64,000 nucleotides of DNA, from NCBI GenBank assembly GCA_012295275.1, contig CM022665.1:11036001-11100000 (forward strand), in the 5' to 3' direction. A program made the translations under genes and the position numbers. Of the stretch, positions 12,759 through 25,900 are shown piece by piece (positions within the stretch are counted from its first letter, which is position 1; every line of letters begins with the position of its first letter). Under the pieces are notes generated by a model that was not told where the DNA came from, did not search any database, and worked only from the letters and a program-made list of their open reading frames with translations. The DNA is from Chrysomallon squamiferum. Taxonomy: Eukaryota; Animalia; Mollusca.

Positions 12759-15700
12759 ATATGTGTATGTATCTGTGTGTGCAGATATGTATGTCAGTAT
12801 GCATGATTACATGTGTGCACACAGGCATGAGTTAATGTTTGTTAAGAAATATTAACTACATTTCACAGGTTGCCAACGTGTTTCCATGACTGCAGACATG
12901 ATAGACATTACACACAAATGCCATCAAACATATAGTCTCTTTATTGTCTAAGACTCAAGGGAATAGCCATCAATCATGAAAATTACTTTTTCTGAAGAAA
13001 AAAAACCCGTAACCCTGACCGCAATATGTTTGTCTTCAAGCCAGACAGGCACTGTATCAATGCCTTATTTTCAATCAATAAGTGAACACTGCTGCTGATC
13101 ATGCAACAGAGCCAGTCTCTGTCTGGTCTCATCAGATCAATGGGGTCTGGTAACCTAATTGTCAGGTAGTAAATTATTTAACAATACATAAACTACCATA
13201 CCTACACATAACGTGGTGATTGTTTTCTTTAAAAATGGATTTTGTTTTGTTTTTTAGTGTTGGTTTATGGCAGAAGATTACTGATATAGATTCTTATATT
13301 GTGAAATAAAATATTCTGTATTTTGATAGTCTCAGTGATATAACAATTAACTTACAGTAATGCTTAAATTTTTATTTTTATTTATTTATTTATTTATTTA
13401 TTTTTAATGTAGCATTTATTTTCTTGATTATGGCAATTAATAATACAAAAATAATTCCAAGTATCTTTTGGTTTCCTTATATTTATTACAAAACCTCCAA
13501 ACATTTTTGTTAAAAAATACAAAAAACTAGATAGTGTATCAAATTGCCATTGCTATTTTTTTTTTTTGTAAACGTTATTGTCTGAAATACAACTTAGAAT
13601 ATTTATTCTTTGAAATAATATATATCAGTTAAATATATATTTACATATATAAACACATACACATTTCAAAATTTTCAACTTCTGTTATCACATGTAAATC
13701 AAATGCTTATTAAACTTCAAACAAACTATTTATGGTAGTGGCTTGTTTGTTTATTCAACCTTTACAAAACGTCTGAAACCCGAATTTGTGAAATCTCCAA
13801 CATGTTTTACGTGTGTTCAGCCATTCAAGTACAAGCAGCCAGACAAAATCTATCCCACCAATGCAAGAGTCCTTCACCTTGCTACCTGTTTCCCAATCAG
13901 ACACTGCACACATGAACTATTCTTTGGCAAAATATTTTATAGAACAGTGCAGATTCCTGTTTCCTTAGAATAATAGGTCAGACTACAACACAGACAGTGT
14001 AAGAAATTGTGACTCTTCTTATTTTTTCACTGTCTGATTCTGTTATCATTTGTCTTACATAATATGCTTTAATCTTCTTCTTTTTACACCAGTCTTCAGT
14101 ACAATTAAACATAAATTTCTGTTTTAATTCTTCGTTCTTTGACAGGATCAAATATAAATTTCTATTTTAATTTTTTGTTCTTGAATAGAATTAAACATAT
14201 GTTTTTATTTTCCTTAGTTTCAAATAAAATTAAATGTGCATTTTTTTTCTGATTCTTGCATATTTGTATTTATTTCCTGGTCTTTATATATTCCTTTCAA
14301 GAACAGAATTAAAAACAAACCTGCAATTAGACCTAAATTTCTTTCACCTAGAAAAAAATAAATAAAAAAATAAAAATAAAAATAATAATAATAATAAAAC
14401 AAAACAATGAAGGTACTTTGCTTTGATAAGTGTAACTGATTTTCACCCACATATTTATAAAATAACACAAAAATGTTGAAATTCTAGCATATTTTAAAAG
14501 AAACTTAAGAAACAATTTTTGTGTTCATTATGTATGGATCCTATAAAGTTATTTTAAAATTTAAATTTTAACAGAATGTAATGAACACATACTTTTTATT
14601 ACCACTGTCACTATCATTTTATTACATTAAAGAGTTTATTATCACTTTCTTCATCACTAATGACTTTGTATGTTAAATTATTGCAACAATCATTCTACAG
14701 GTTTTATCACCACTGTCTCTATATCTTATTACTTATCATCAAATACTGCCAAAAATGCTAACATTTGCCCACGAAGTCAATGGAACATCACTAAATAAAC
14801 AATGATTTCCAATACACGGCAACAAATCCTTTATTAACACACGTCCAGACAACTACCTGTTGTTTCAGTACCATTTTACAAGGTGAGATGAGGCTGGCAA
14901 CACCTGTACAATCAAGTTGTTCTAGGAAAGAACAGTGTACAATGCTGTTCTACATCTGTGAGGTAGGATGAGAGAGTATGATTCAAGAGCTTGTCATAGT
15001 CAGCAATCCTCTGGTAATGTAATACCAAACTGTCTGCCCTCACAGACATCTTGGAAGAGAATATAGCATAGTGCAGATGGTGTAGAGAAAAAAAAAAAAA
15101 AAAAATAACCTATTTGTCTTGATTAAAGATCAAAGAACAAAGCCAGTGCCAATCTAAAGTTAATGATATTTCATGCAATGGAGCAGCATTTGTTGCTAAC
15201 CAAAGTAAATTTGAATCTTTTTTTTTTTTCTTCTTTTCTCTTTTTATTTTTTAAATAAGAATAATTCTGATTACGGTGAATAATAATATTTAACTTAGTT
15301 TGTCAGAGGAAATGACTGCAGTATAACCCAATAAAACATTAAAATTTTCAATAAAACATTAAAATTTCTGTAGATTACAAATCAAGGACCATCCAAGCAA
15401 AAAAGCATTTAAATATATATTTTGAACCAAAAACTTTTTCAATAGAAATTTGTTAAATCTTTCAGTTTGTAATAATTAGGAATTCATAATAAAATTTAAA
15501 GGTTTTTTATACTAAAAGTTGAAAATTATTAATACTTCCAAATCTTTTGGTTGTTAATGCCAACGAATCCATTAAAAAAACATTAAAAATGTTTGGTTTT
15601 TTTTTTTTTTTTTCCTTTACCAAAAGTTGAAAGTTGTTCAGTTAAAAGTATGAAAGTACTAGCAGTGCTTTATTAATATCAGGCTAATTTGCAAAGAACA

Positions 15701-15931
15701 ATCACTCACTGCCAAATGAAATGTGAGTTGTAATTTATCATGAAGAAAATATTACATATGGTAGGATGTCCCTAATTAATGGTATGAAGAGGAAACCATT
15801 TTTCAAACTGCTGAGTTTTATAACTTTTCACTTTTCTTCATGCTTTTCTTTCTCATCTGTGTTTTAATTTGGTCATAAAAATAATATTTCCAAACAAGAA
15901 ACTAATATAATTTATAAAATCAACAGGTATA

Positions 15932-15966
<35 letters not shown>

Positions 15967-18945
15967 TGAAACCACTGTTAGTATGTATTTAAATTCATTT
16001 CATAAACATAACATTTTTAATTTTTCTTTAAGATTTCTAATTTCACCTACATTTTAAATTTGCTAATCCTCAAAGAATATTTCCAAACAAGAAAAAAACA
16101 TTAAAAAAATCAACAGGGAAATCTTTTTAAAAAACTGCTGTTTGTATATTTTAAAGTTCCTGTTATTAAAATTGTTAAGTACTTTCAGTGACTTTTTACA
16201 TTTTCTTTTTTAATTTAACGTCAATCTAAAAAGTACAGTTAAAAAATGAAGTGGAATCTGTGCCAGATCACTTTTGGTAATGCACTTGTCAAAATTGCTT
16301 AATTCTAAGTGATTAATGGTAGGTGTTTTGTCTATTACCTTTTTAAAATGTACATTCTAAAGTTTAAAGTATTCATTTTAGCATTATTATTCTTGCTTTT
16401 GATTTTAGATATTTGTTTTGTCAATTCAGCAGTACTGTTAAGCATATTTTAGGACTGTTAATGGAAATTGCACTGTTATTTTAATTTTATAATTATTAAT
16501 ATTAATTGGTTTAAGTTGTTGTGGTTCTTTGTACCTATATATTCAGACACCCGACATATGTACATAATTCAAATGTAATATGACTCAAAACATTCAAGCC
16601 AACAGAGTAACACTTAAATGCTGCTGTCAAATATTAATGATACATTTCACATAAAACAATGACATGAATTTATTTTAATTTTTTCATTTCAGACTGATAA
16701 CAGAATTATAATTTTAAGACAGTATTTGCCTTTGTTAAAAATGGATGAAAAATGTTTGATCCAACTTCAAAATATCTTTAAATTATTTATTTATTTTATT
16801 GTTCTTAATTTAATGTTTTCAGTTGCATTTTTGAATAACTGCATCTTTGTAAACCAAGAATTTGTAATAACAAAGTCTCTGAAGCAGAATAAATTTGGCA
16901 TTTGACCAGCATTTAAAATCATAATGTTATTGCATTTTTCAACTGCACAAACGTATATGAAATTACATACTATGTTAGGCCCATCTTTGTGTCTTGTATC
17001 TGTTTTATACATGAAACAAATCAATCTCTGCATGCTGGTTAAATGATCAGTAATAAATAAGTTAAGATTTTTAAACATTACACTGTTTTTGGTTTATACA
17101 TATCTTTGAAAAAATACTATTTTTTATGAATGTTTTTTATTCAGATGTTCTACATTTTACTGAAATTATGAAAACACAATTGTACACAAATATATATGCA
17201 TACTCTTTCTCTGGCTCTCTCACACAGACACACACATGAATATACTTGCATACAGATATATTAACATACATATACATATGTGCTCATAGAAGCACACGCA
17301 CAGACACATAATATAACACACACACAAGCACACATGCATAATGTATATACTTATGCATATAGATTATTTATAATATTCCGTAAAGATGCACCATTATTTT
17401 TATTGACTTTAAACATATATTAAAAAGTTATGAAAAAAAGTATAGGATATTTCCAGCAGTGAACTTTTGTAGGAAAATGCAGCTGACATAAATTGAGATA
17501 TGATGTGATGATGTATCTAAAAATGTTTTATTAGAGTTGAATCATGCAGTCAGACACCTTTTCCATCTGTTAACTTGTTTCAGCTCATGTAGCATTACGT
17601 AGGAAGTCTATTTCTGAAACAGGAACCAACATTTATCAGATTGAAAGAGTCCTCTGCCATTCTGAAAATAATTACATCTCTGCTTACACCAGTTTTTCTG
17701 TCTTAAAAGATATTTGTGGAAAGTCTCGAAAAAAAGAAAATGCCAGTGTACTTAATGCACTCTTTGCAGACAGTATCTAGAATCCATATTGTGGATTTTT
17801 AGACTATCTAGTATCATTCTTTAATTTTACCCAAAAGATCCTTAAGCAAAATCAGTGGGACTTTTCCACTTATTTTAGTCAAATTTATCATTTGCTTGAG
17901 CCTAAAATAAAAAATTTCATATGAAATACATCATCATCATCATTATCACCATTATTCCAAAACTGAAACTTTAAAAAAATTTAATCACCTCCTAAATATA
18001 TATAATGTATTAAAAATGGACATTAATAAAATACCTGTTTTCCAAAAATGACATATATGATGCAATAAATCTTTGCAACATGCAAGTGTTACAGATATGT
18101 GCTGATATCAACACCTGTTAAAATATGATGAACATAAAACATTGTCATAAAATACAACATTTATTTGATTATGCAATAACAGTTTTTAATCACACATCAA
18201 TCATGATTATAATAAGATCAAAACAGTGAACACGTGTGTGTAATCATGTGATAGGTTATGAAAAACAAATGCCAGTCATCTGATAAAGCAAAATTAAAAA
18301 ATTAAACACTTAACAAATTTTCTTCAAATATTTTCAGTGCACCATTAGAATTAAAAAGAGAAATTAGTCAGAAGGCTTATGTTGGTAATGCCCAAAAAAT
18401 TGATTATTTTGGGTGCATTTATGATTATAATATTATTACTGTTTTGTTTGTTCTTAATACTATTACTTTTTCTTTATTTTTCTTTGTGTCTTTTTAAAAT
18501 AAAATAAAATTAAACTCCCTTACAAGCAAACTTATAATTTGTAGGTACAGATTAAAAATGAAATAAAAATCCATGATTTATATTTTTAAAAGATATTTCC
18601 ACATAAACATTTAAGATATCTGCTGATAAATATATCTACAGCATACATGTGATTGAGATAAATTCTATATCAACATTTTTCTTTTATGATTCAAGTGATT
18701 TTTTATTTTTCTCATTTTGAAAAATAGTTCACAACGGTCCTAACATTCTTAGAAATTATGAAATAATGTTAAAAGTTAAAATTAACAAAAATAAAGTTCA
18801 GCAACCTCTGGCTTATTTCCAAGTGAACTAAGAAGAAGATATTACAGCCAAGAATGTGGTGCATTTTTGAATTTTAAATACTACATGTTTTTAAATATAG
18901 TCAAGAATCCACTGGATACTTAGAGTTTGAGTCTGAACGAATAAT

Positions 18946-19140
18946 GAAAGGAAATGTTTTATTTAATGACACACTCAACATATTTTCTTTACAGGTATAT
19001 GGCATCAGAGATAATATAATTATCTCTTGGATAACAAGAGAGGAAACCTGAGTTGCCACATCAAGGGTGACTCTTTCTGATTAGCAGCAAGGGATCTTTT
19101 ATATGCAATACCCCCATAGAGAGGACAGTACATACAACAA
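18946..19140 (-). mobile_element. SINE remnant (central domain and 3' tail)
   Basis: GAAAGGAAATGTTTTATTTAATGACACACTCAAC...GAGAGGAAACC...GATTAGCAGCAAGGGATCTTTTATATGCA. The tail matches the reverse complement of 31330-31368 and the core matches 3750-3820 and 30440-30520. Resembles, from memory, the Meta/MESC-domain SINEs of molluscs. Confidence 0.8.
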
Positions 19141-22100
19141 CTTTCATTGCAACAGTCTAAGTCCTAGATATTACATCCAAGAACATTACACTGCCGCAAC
19201 AGACCTTTTGATCTTTAAATATAAAACATTATGCAAAGATGTAATGAAAATTTTTTGTCTTCAAAGAATCTTGAATTTAATCGCTTGACCTCGAAAATTC
19301 CAAATTGAGCTAATCTCCAATATATTTTCTTCTCTGGCCCACCATGAAAGGACCTGCTGGTGGGCTTGTCATTGAGGAATGTTCACCAATTTACACCTCT
19401 GCCATTGTCTGTTACAGATAACGATTTTATGCACTATATTTTAATTTTACGTTGACCTATAACCACTATTAGCGAACTACAAGCAACATACACAAGACCA
19501 AGTTTGTCACTATCTCAGCCGAGTGACCTGGGATAAGACTCCACCCAGCATGTCTAGCCAAAGACAGTGCACCACATATAGCATGTGTTTATTATACATT
19601 ATGTCTTTTTGATAACCCCTGGGTTCATTTAAACAAGCTCTATCAAAGTTCAGTTTAATGCTGTGCTCAGGGAAAAAACCATAGAGACAGATAAAAGTCA
19701 AGTGATGTATAAATTCACAGTTCAGCAAAAGAGAATTTGTCAAAAGTATTTATTTCATGATAATTTATGAGATAATTGTGTAACAGAAATAGAATAAGTC
19801 TGTGTTATTTATAATGTGATGATGTTTTTGCAAACTCAGATCTCTAGCTGCAATTGGTGCAATATTAAAAGTAATGTAGATTGAGTGGTTCTTAGATTTC
19901 CTGATTAAGAAATTTGGAAACTGTATGTGGATGTGCTTTCAAATGTGACAAAGTGCAAATGTTTATAGAGTATGAATATGTAGGCCTATATTCACTAAAT
20001 ATTATTGTAACAATATCCATAAACAGCAAAAAATATATTAAAATTTATACATCAATTATTCTGTGCTGGTGTATTTAGCAATAAATGTCATTTTTCACTT
20101 TACATATTTATTCCAATACATTTTTATTATTATTTTTCTCACCAAAGATTAAATTTTATCTGGATGATCAATTCGCTGAATGGTAAAAAATTTAACTCAC
20201 ATGATATATCCTTTGTAAAATTTGTACATTAATAATCCAACAGTTTTTTTGGGGGGGTTTTGGGAGGAGGGGGTGTCTCCTTTTTTGCAGTAAACCTCCT
20301 TTTTGGCATTATACTTTTTTTTTTCTTTTTTTCTAAATTTCTATTTTTAAAAGCTTTTTCTCCCCAAAAAGATTAAATTTTATCATTGTTTATTTTATAA
20401 ATTTTAAAAACAAATTCATTTTTTGCTGATATTCAAATCTCATGATCAGATTGTTAAACGATAATATAATTTACATTAAAAATCCTTTAATAAATGTGAT
20501 ATGCATCTGTCAAAATCAACAAAACATTCATCATGATGACATTTCTGAAGTATAGTTTTGAATATGTGGTCTGAACTTTTACACATAAACTGAAGTCACA
20601 CCTGCCTTTAGTTTACAAGTTTAAAAGGCTGAGATCACAGGGAAAAAAGTGAAATAAAATGATGACGCTGCAAGTATTTTATTACTTGTCAAACATGAGA
20701 GCAATGACATGACCAACAGTGAAACAGATTTTTTAAATGAAGATCTAAAAAAAAAAAAAAAGAAGAATTTTCAATAGTAATATTACTGACTATAGACTTC
20801 TCAAATCTTGTGGTTAAATTAAATCTGAATAAATATTTATTGATATCCCATCATAAAAATCAGTGATATCATTGGCTTTAATGTATGTGACAAATCATTT
20901 ATCAGAGTTTTGAAACATATTCTTGCAATATATCTCAGTAAATGTTTAGGCCACCATGAAATGATGGATCAAGATGTAAATGTTAATAAGACTGATGAGA
21001 TTTTTCACATATTTGAAGCACATTCTTTAGTAGTTTGGTCATATCTATCTTCATGAATAAATGTTTAATGATATTGTATAATATTTGCCAGTGACTAAGT
21101 GTATCATACTAACAAAAGATTTGTCAAGTATGTGAAGCACACGCTCCACTAGTTAGTTTAAAATACATCTCCACATTCAATAAAAATAAATTAAAGTAAG
21201 TTTAATGAGATCCCATCATAAGAGTCAAGAGTAAAATGCAATGTTAGTTCAAGTATAAAAAAAACATTTTGATACAAAAGAGTCAAATCCTCCACTTGGC
21301 TATTTCCCATCATATTTTATGCAAATATATCAAAGGCTAAGTATGTGCTTTCCTAATAACACAATCATCATGTACTCAACTACTTAATGAATAAATGAAT
21401 ATTTATTTATCAATATCTCCTAACATTTTAATATTATTTCCTACCAAATATAGAGTAAGTAAAATACTGAACCACACACTGAAAGAAAGCATGTAAGACA
21501 TATCAGTACATTTTAATATTAATTCTAATCTGGTACCAGTCTTACATTTCTTATATGCTGTGAGAAAGGAACTCACTACTGTCATTCATTTCAGTTATAC
21601 TAATTTATATACTGTAGTAGAGACTTCATGACTGACCTCCACAAATTAACAGTTAAAAATAAGCAAAGCAGATGATTAAAATATGTCTCTGTTTACTACA
21701 CACACAACAGATAATTCATGTGCAAAAGATTTTGCTGAACTGATCTTGACAATACTTAATGTTTATGGGAAAGTTGTTTCTAAAGTTGAAATAAATCTTT
21801 AACTATAGTGTACCACAAGTTATCAATGAATAACATAAAAGAGTTAAATGAAAGACTGAATAGATATGGAAAATTTAAAAAAATATAAATTAGTATATCT
21901 GAAAAAAAGAAGAAAAAAAAAGAAAGAAATTCTTAGGGTTTCAATCAGTTTAGCTTTTATATTTTTTTAAATTTAAATTGTTTTTTTTTATTTAGTTAGA
22001 GATAAAAATGAATTAGCCATTTTTTAAATCAAAGTTAAAAATTAACATCAACCAAATAATCCTGCTTAATTTAAATGTTTTGGTTAAAATGTTAATTCAG

Positions 22101-22236
22101 TGACATTATAGATTCAGCAAAAAATTTAAATTTCTGAAACAAAAACATCTAACAATGAACATACAAAAACTAATTATTTCAAAATTAATAACTGCCATTT
22201 CTAAATGGCTACAAAAGACTGAGTAAAATTACAAAC

Positions 22237-22368
22237 CTTGCAATAAAATTGCTGGTGTGCCGTTGTTAGGCCCTGAGGTATATTGGAATCCCGTAATTTG
22301 TGTCTCTGTTTCATTGAGGGATTCAATGAGATCCACGACATCTCTGGCTGCGATGTCAAAACTAAGCC
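22237..22368 (-). CDS. NELL: NELL exon 2 (start of TSPN/LamG domain)
   Basis: Acceptor tctacttggcag|GG, 132 nt, GLSFDIAARDVVDLIESLNETETQITGFQYTSGPNNGTPAILLQ, donor CAAG|GTTTGT; phase 1-1. Confidence 0.92.
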
Positions 22369-24947
22369 CTGCCAAGTAGAAAACGTATCTTAATAACATA
22401 ATGAATATATTCACATACACTGATACCAATACTAAATATATATATATATACATACACACAGACACACCCACACACACATTCTTTGGCTGCGATATCTAAA
22501 CCAAGCTCTGCCATATAGAAATAAGTTCAAGTAATATTATAAATACCATACAGTACAAACAGAAACGGTCACATATATACACATACATACACACGTACAC
22601 ACACACACACAAACTCACACATGCACACACATACACATAAACACACATTCACATGTACATAGAAAAACCTATACCCCAAGCAATGTCTGAACAAAAACCT
22701 GCCAGGCTGTAAAAAACACTATCTTTTTCATACTTTCTAAAGAAATTAGCACTGTTTCTATCTTTAACATCCAAGTAGTATTTGCTTGACAAAGTGAGGT
22801 ACCACCTGACAACAATGTCTGATATAATTAGTTAAAATTCTGTTTTGCATTGCCTTAACATAAACATTTCCTTTATAACCTTCACTAATTATTACTTGCG
22901 ATGTAATGGCCCAATTATCCCAATTAATATATGTGTAGAATTCCACGTCATACAAGAACAGCACTTAATTTCAAAAATTCAGATGCTTCCAGCATTTGTT
23001 AATTCAGTTAGCTGTAAAGGTTACAACCTGTTATCTCTCTTGCTGTCCAGATAAGTATTTACAAATGCTGAAACTGAGACTATTACAGCAATAAAGTGCA
23101 ATCTTTAACTGCACTTGCATTCATTCATGCCAGCATGTATTATTTTGAACCTGCTTGAAGACTGCATGAATTAAGCAGCATATTTCTTAAGTGTGAAGGA
23201 AAATGTTACCACATGTACAAGCCAGTACACAAAGATGCAAACAAATGGACACACATAGTCATACACACACACACAAACACAAACACATGACACCTATTTA
23301 TACAAATGGACACTGACACACACATATAAATATGGACACAGATATACATACAAATAAATTCAAAAATACAAACAGAAACATCAAGTACAAATATAGTTGT
23401 GAACACACACACACATACAGTCAAAAAATACATATACACACCCATACACCCTTATACACCCGTATACACACACAAACACCCATACAAATACAGAGAGAAA
23501 GAAAGATTTGTAGACACACACACACACACACACACACACAAAGAATAATCCAGAATAAGAATACTTTATCTCAATTATAAATTCAAAAAAGATTAAATAA
23601 AGTGATGAAACCTGTTAAGCTATTTAATAAGTATTTCAATTAAACCAACACTGAAAACAGTTTTGAAATCAATTACCGAGTAATTTAACAGTTTAATCTA
23701 CAAGATTGGAACAAGATTCATTTTAATCTCAACAGATGGCTATTTATAGACAGATAAAATTCTATATTTTAATTTACAACATGCAAAAAAATTATCAAAG
23801 ACACCATAAAGATTATTCCCCACACACTTGTGTTATTTGGTGAGCTGTTTCTAAAATGTATTTAAATTTTTCTTTTTGGATTTTTAAAGTTTTATTTTTA
23901 AAACCAATTTAAAAATAAATTTAATTAAAGAAACAAATTTTAAAGAATAAAATCATAAACACTGAAATGTCACTGAATTAACTGAATCCAGTAATTATAA
24001 ATGTAATATGTGACTAAATATAAGCATAATTAATAATCATTTCACAAAGTGATATGTTTTTGTTGTTTTTTTTATATTAAAAAAATACTCTTAGAAAGTT
24101 TGGTCATTTTAACTGTACTTCCAGATGACTAACGTAAGAATCTGAACACAAATTTTCAAAGACAAGTAGAATTAAAACAAATATTTCAAATGATTAAAGT
24201 TATTAAAATGAAAACAAGATGGCAGACAAAACTGGGCAGTAACAGAAAAAAAAAAGAAGGAAAGAAACTAACATGATTTCATACTTTAAATAACAAGTTT
24301 AAAAATGATTACATAATATAAACTTTTTGTTATTTAAGAAATTAAAAATGGTTAAAAATTTATTTGCTTTTTCTGTATCTTGAAGTGAAAAATTGAAATA
24401 AATTACATAATATAAAATGAAGGTTAAATATCTAAAATATTTAACTCATATACCAATGTTTTTAAAATTTATCTGGAAATAAATACTAAAAAGATAAACT
24501 ATCTAAATAAAAAGAATACCTAATGTAAAGGAAAGGAAAAAACAACAACAAAAAAACAACCTCTAATGATAATACAAGGTATAAAAAGAATATATAAATA
24601 AATAAATATCAAACAACAAAGTGTTATGAACCACACACACACAAAGAAAAAAAAGTTATTTATAAAGAAAAAATAAAAGAGTAACATGATACACTGTAAA
24701 ATAAAATATCAATAATAATATGTTAATAAAACATAATGTCAAATATCAATTGTATTACATGGTGTATGAAAAAATAAATACCTAATTTTGTTGTCATTAT
24801 GGCCACTATTAAATTTAAAAATTAAAATAGCTAAGGAATAAAATAAAATATTAATGGTGTAAAATGAAATAAATAACCCATAATAAACTTAATGTAAAAT
24901 ATATTAAAATATCAGTAATATTACGCAGTGTAAAATAAAATAAATAC

Positions 24948-25008
24948 CTAACACAGTTGTTATTATGACCACTAAAGCCCCAAGGATTAGGTCGTATCGT
25001 CTCCACAT
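24948..25008 (-). CDS. NELL: Candidate alternative NELL first coding exon 1b (signal peptide MWRRYDLILGALVVIITTVL+G)
   Basis: ATG at 25008, 20 codons plus 1 nt, RR n-region then a hydrophobic core, donor TTAG|GTATTT. Phase 1 matches exon 2. Preceded by a promoter-like CpG-retaining patch. Confidence 0.7.
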
Positions 25009-25099
25009 CAGTAAACAATACACCCTCCTTAATCACAAGGTAGTCCAGCCCATTTCAAGAATACCACTATATCCACTTCAAGGAACATCCACAGCAGTC

Positions 25100-25400
25100 A
25101 AATACATTATGCTGACTTGCAATGCTAAAGCGAGTGACTTTCACAGTCGTCTCACCCTCCCGCAAATAACACACTGACTGGCCTGCCTGCCTGCCTGCCT
25201 GCTCTCTCTCTCTGTGCTGCAGTCTATAACAGTCAATAACCCCCAAGTATTGTCAGTCTAGAGAGCAACGTTTGCCAGTGAAAATGCATGCTGAAATTAG
25301 CCAATGCGAAGTTGAACGGCAGCGATTTGACTATAGTGAGAAGAGAGCCACCTACAGTTAAAGAAAAAAAGGAAAATTGACCACCAATGCTGTGTGGAAT
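25100..25400 (-). promoter_or_regulatory. Putative internal promoter (P2) for exon 1b
   Basis: Local GC/CpG-retaining patch in an otherwise CpG-depleted intron; CCAAT at 25301-25305 and 25384-25388; (GCCT)n(CT)n tract at 25180-25213; weak TATA-like TTATAG at 25224-25229. Confidence 0.5.
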
Positions 25401-25734
25401 TAACTTGTCTTTCTATTCATAGCTGTGATGCAATTCAGCCATTATCATCATCCTCATATATATATATACATACATGTGTTTCAGCCATTCAATGAATGGA
25501 TTTCCATTTATAAAACAGGATAGCTTTTCAGTGGAAGGTTTCCCAAAGACATTACAAATCTGTCTCGACCAGTGGATTTCCCAAAGCTATATTTGTACCT
25601 GATGTAATGTGAAATCCCTCTGAGAACACACAACATGTCCATTCATGAAAACTTTTACTTGGTGAAAAAAAGAAACAAAAAAGCTACTTAGCTTCTTATC
25701 TGTATTTAAAAGTTTAAAAAAGGAAAAAAAGAAG

Positions 25735-25900
25735 GTTTTATTATGTGAAATGCATCACATTTTTTAATCGACATTTCTATTGCATCATACAACTGGTTAA
25801 GGATTATGCAGATAATGAGAAAGGAAATTCTCTTTCACCATACAATAAACAGACTATTCTTTTTTCAGCAGAGCAGCTAGGGACTTTTATATTAACTTAA
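25735..25900 (-). mobile_element. SINE fragment
   Basis: GGTTAAGGATTATGCAGATAATGAGAAAGGAAA...GCAGCTAGGGACTTTTATAT aligns with the 18946 and 30366 copies. Confidence 0.55.
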
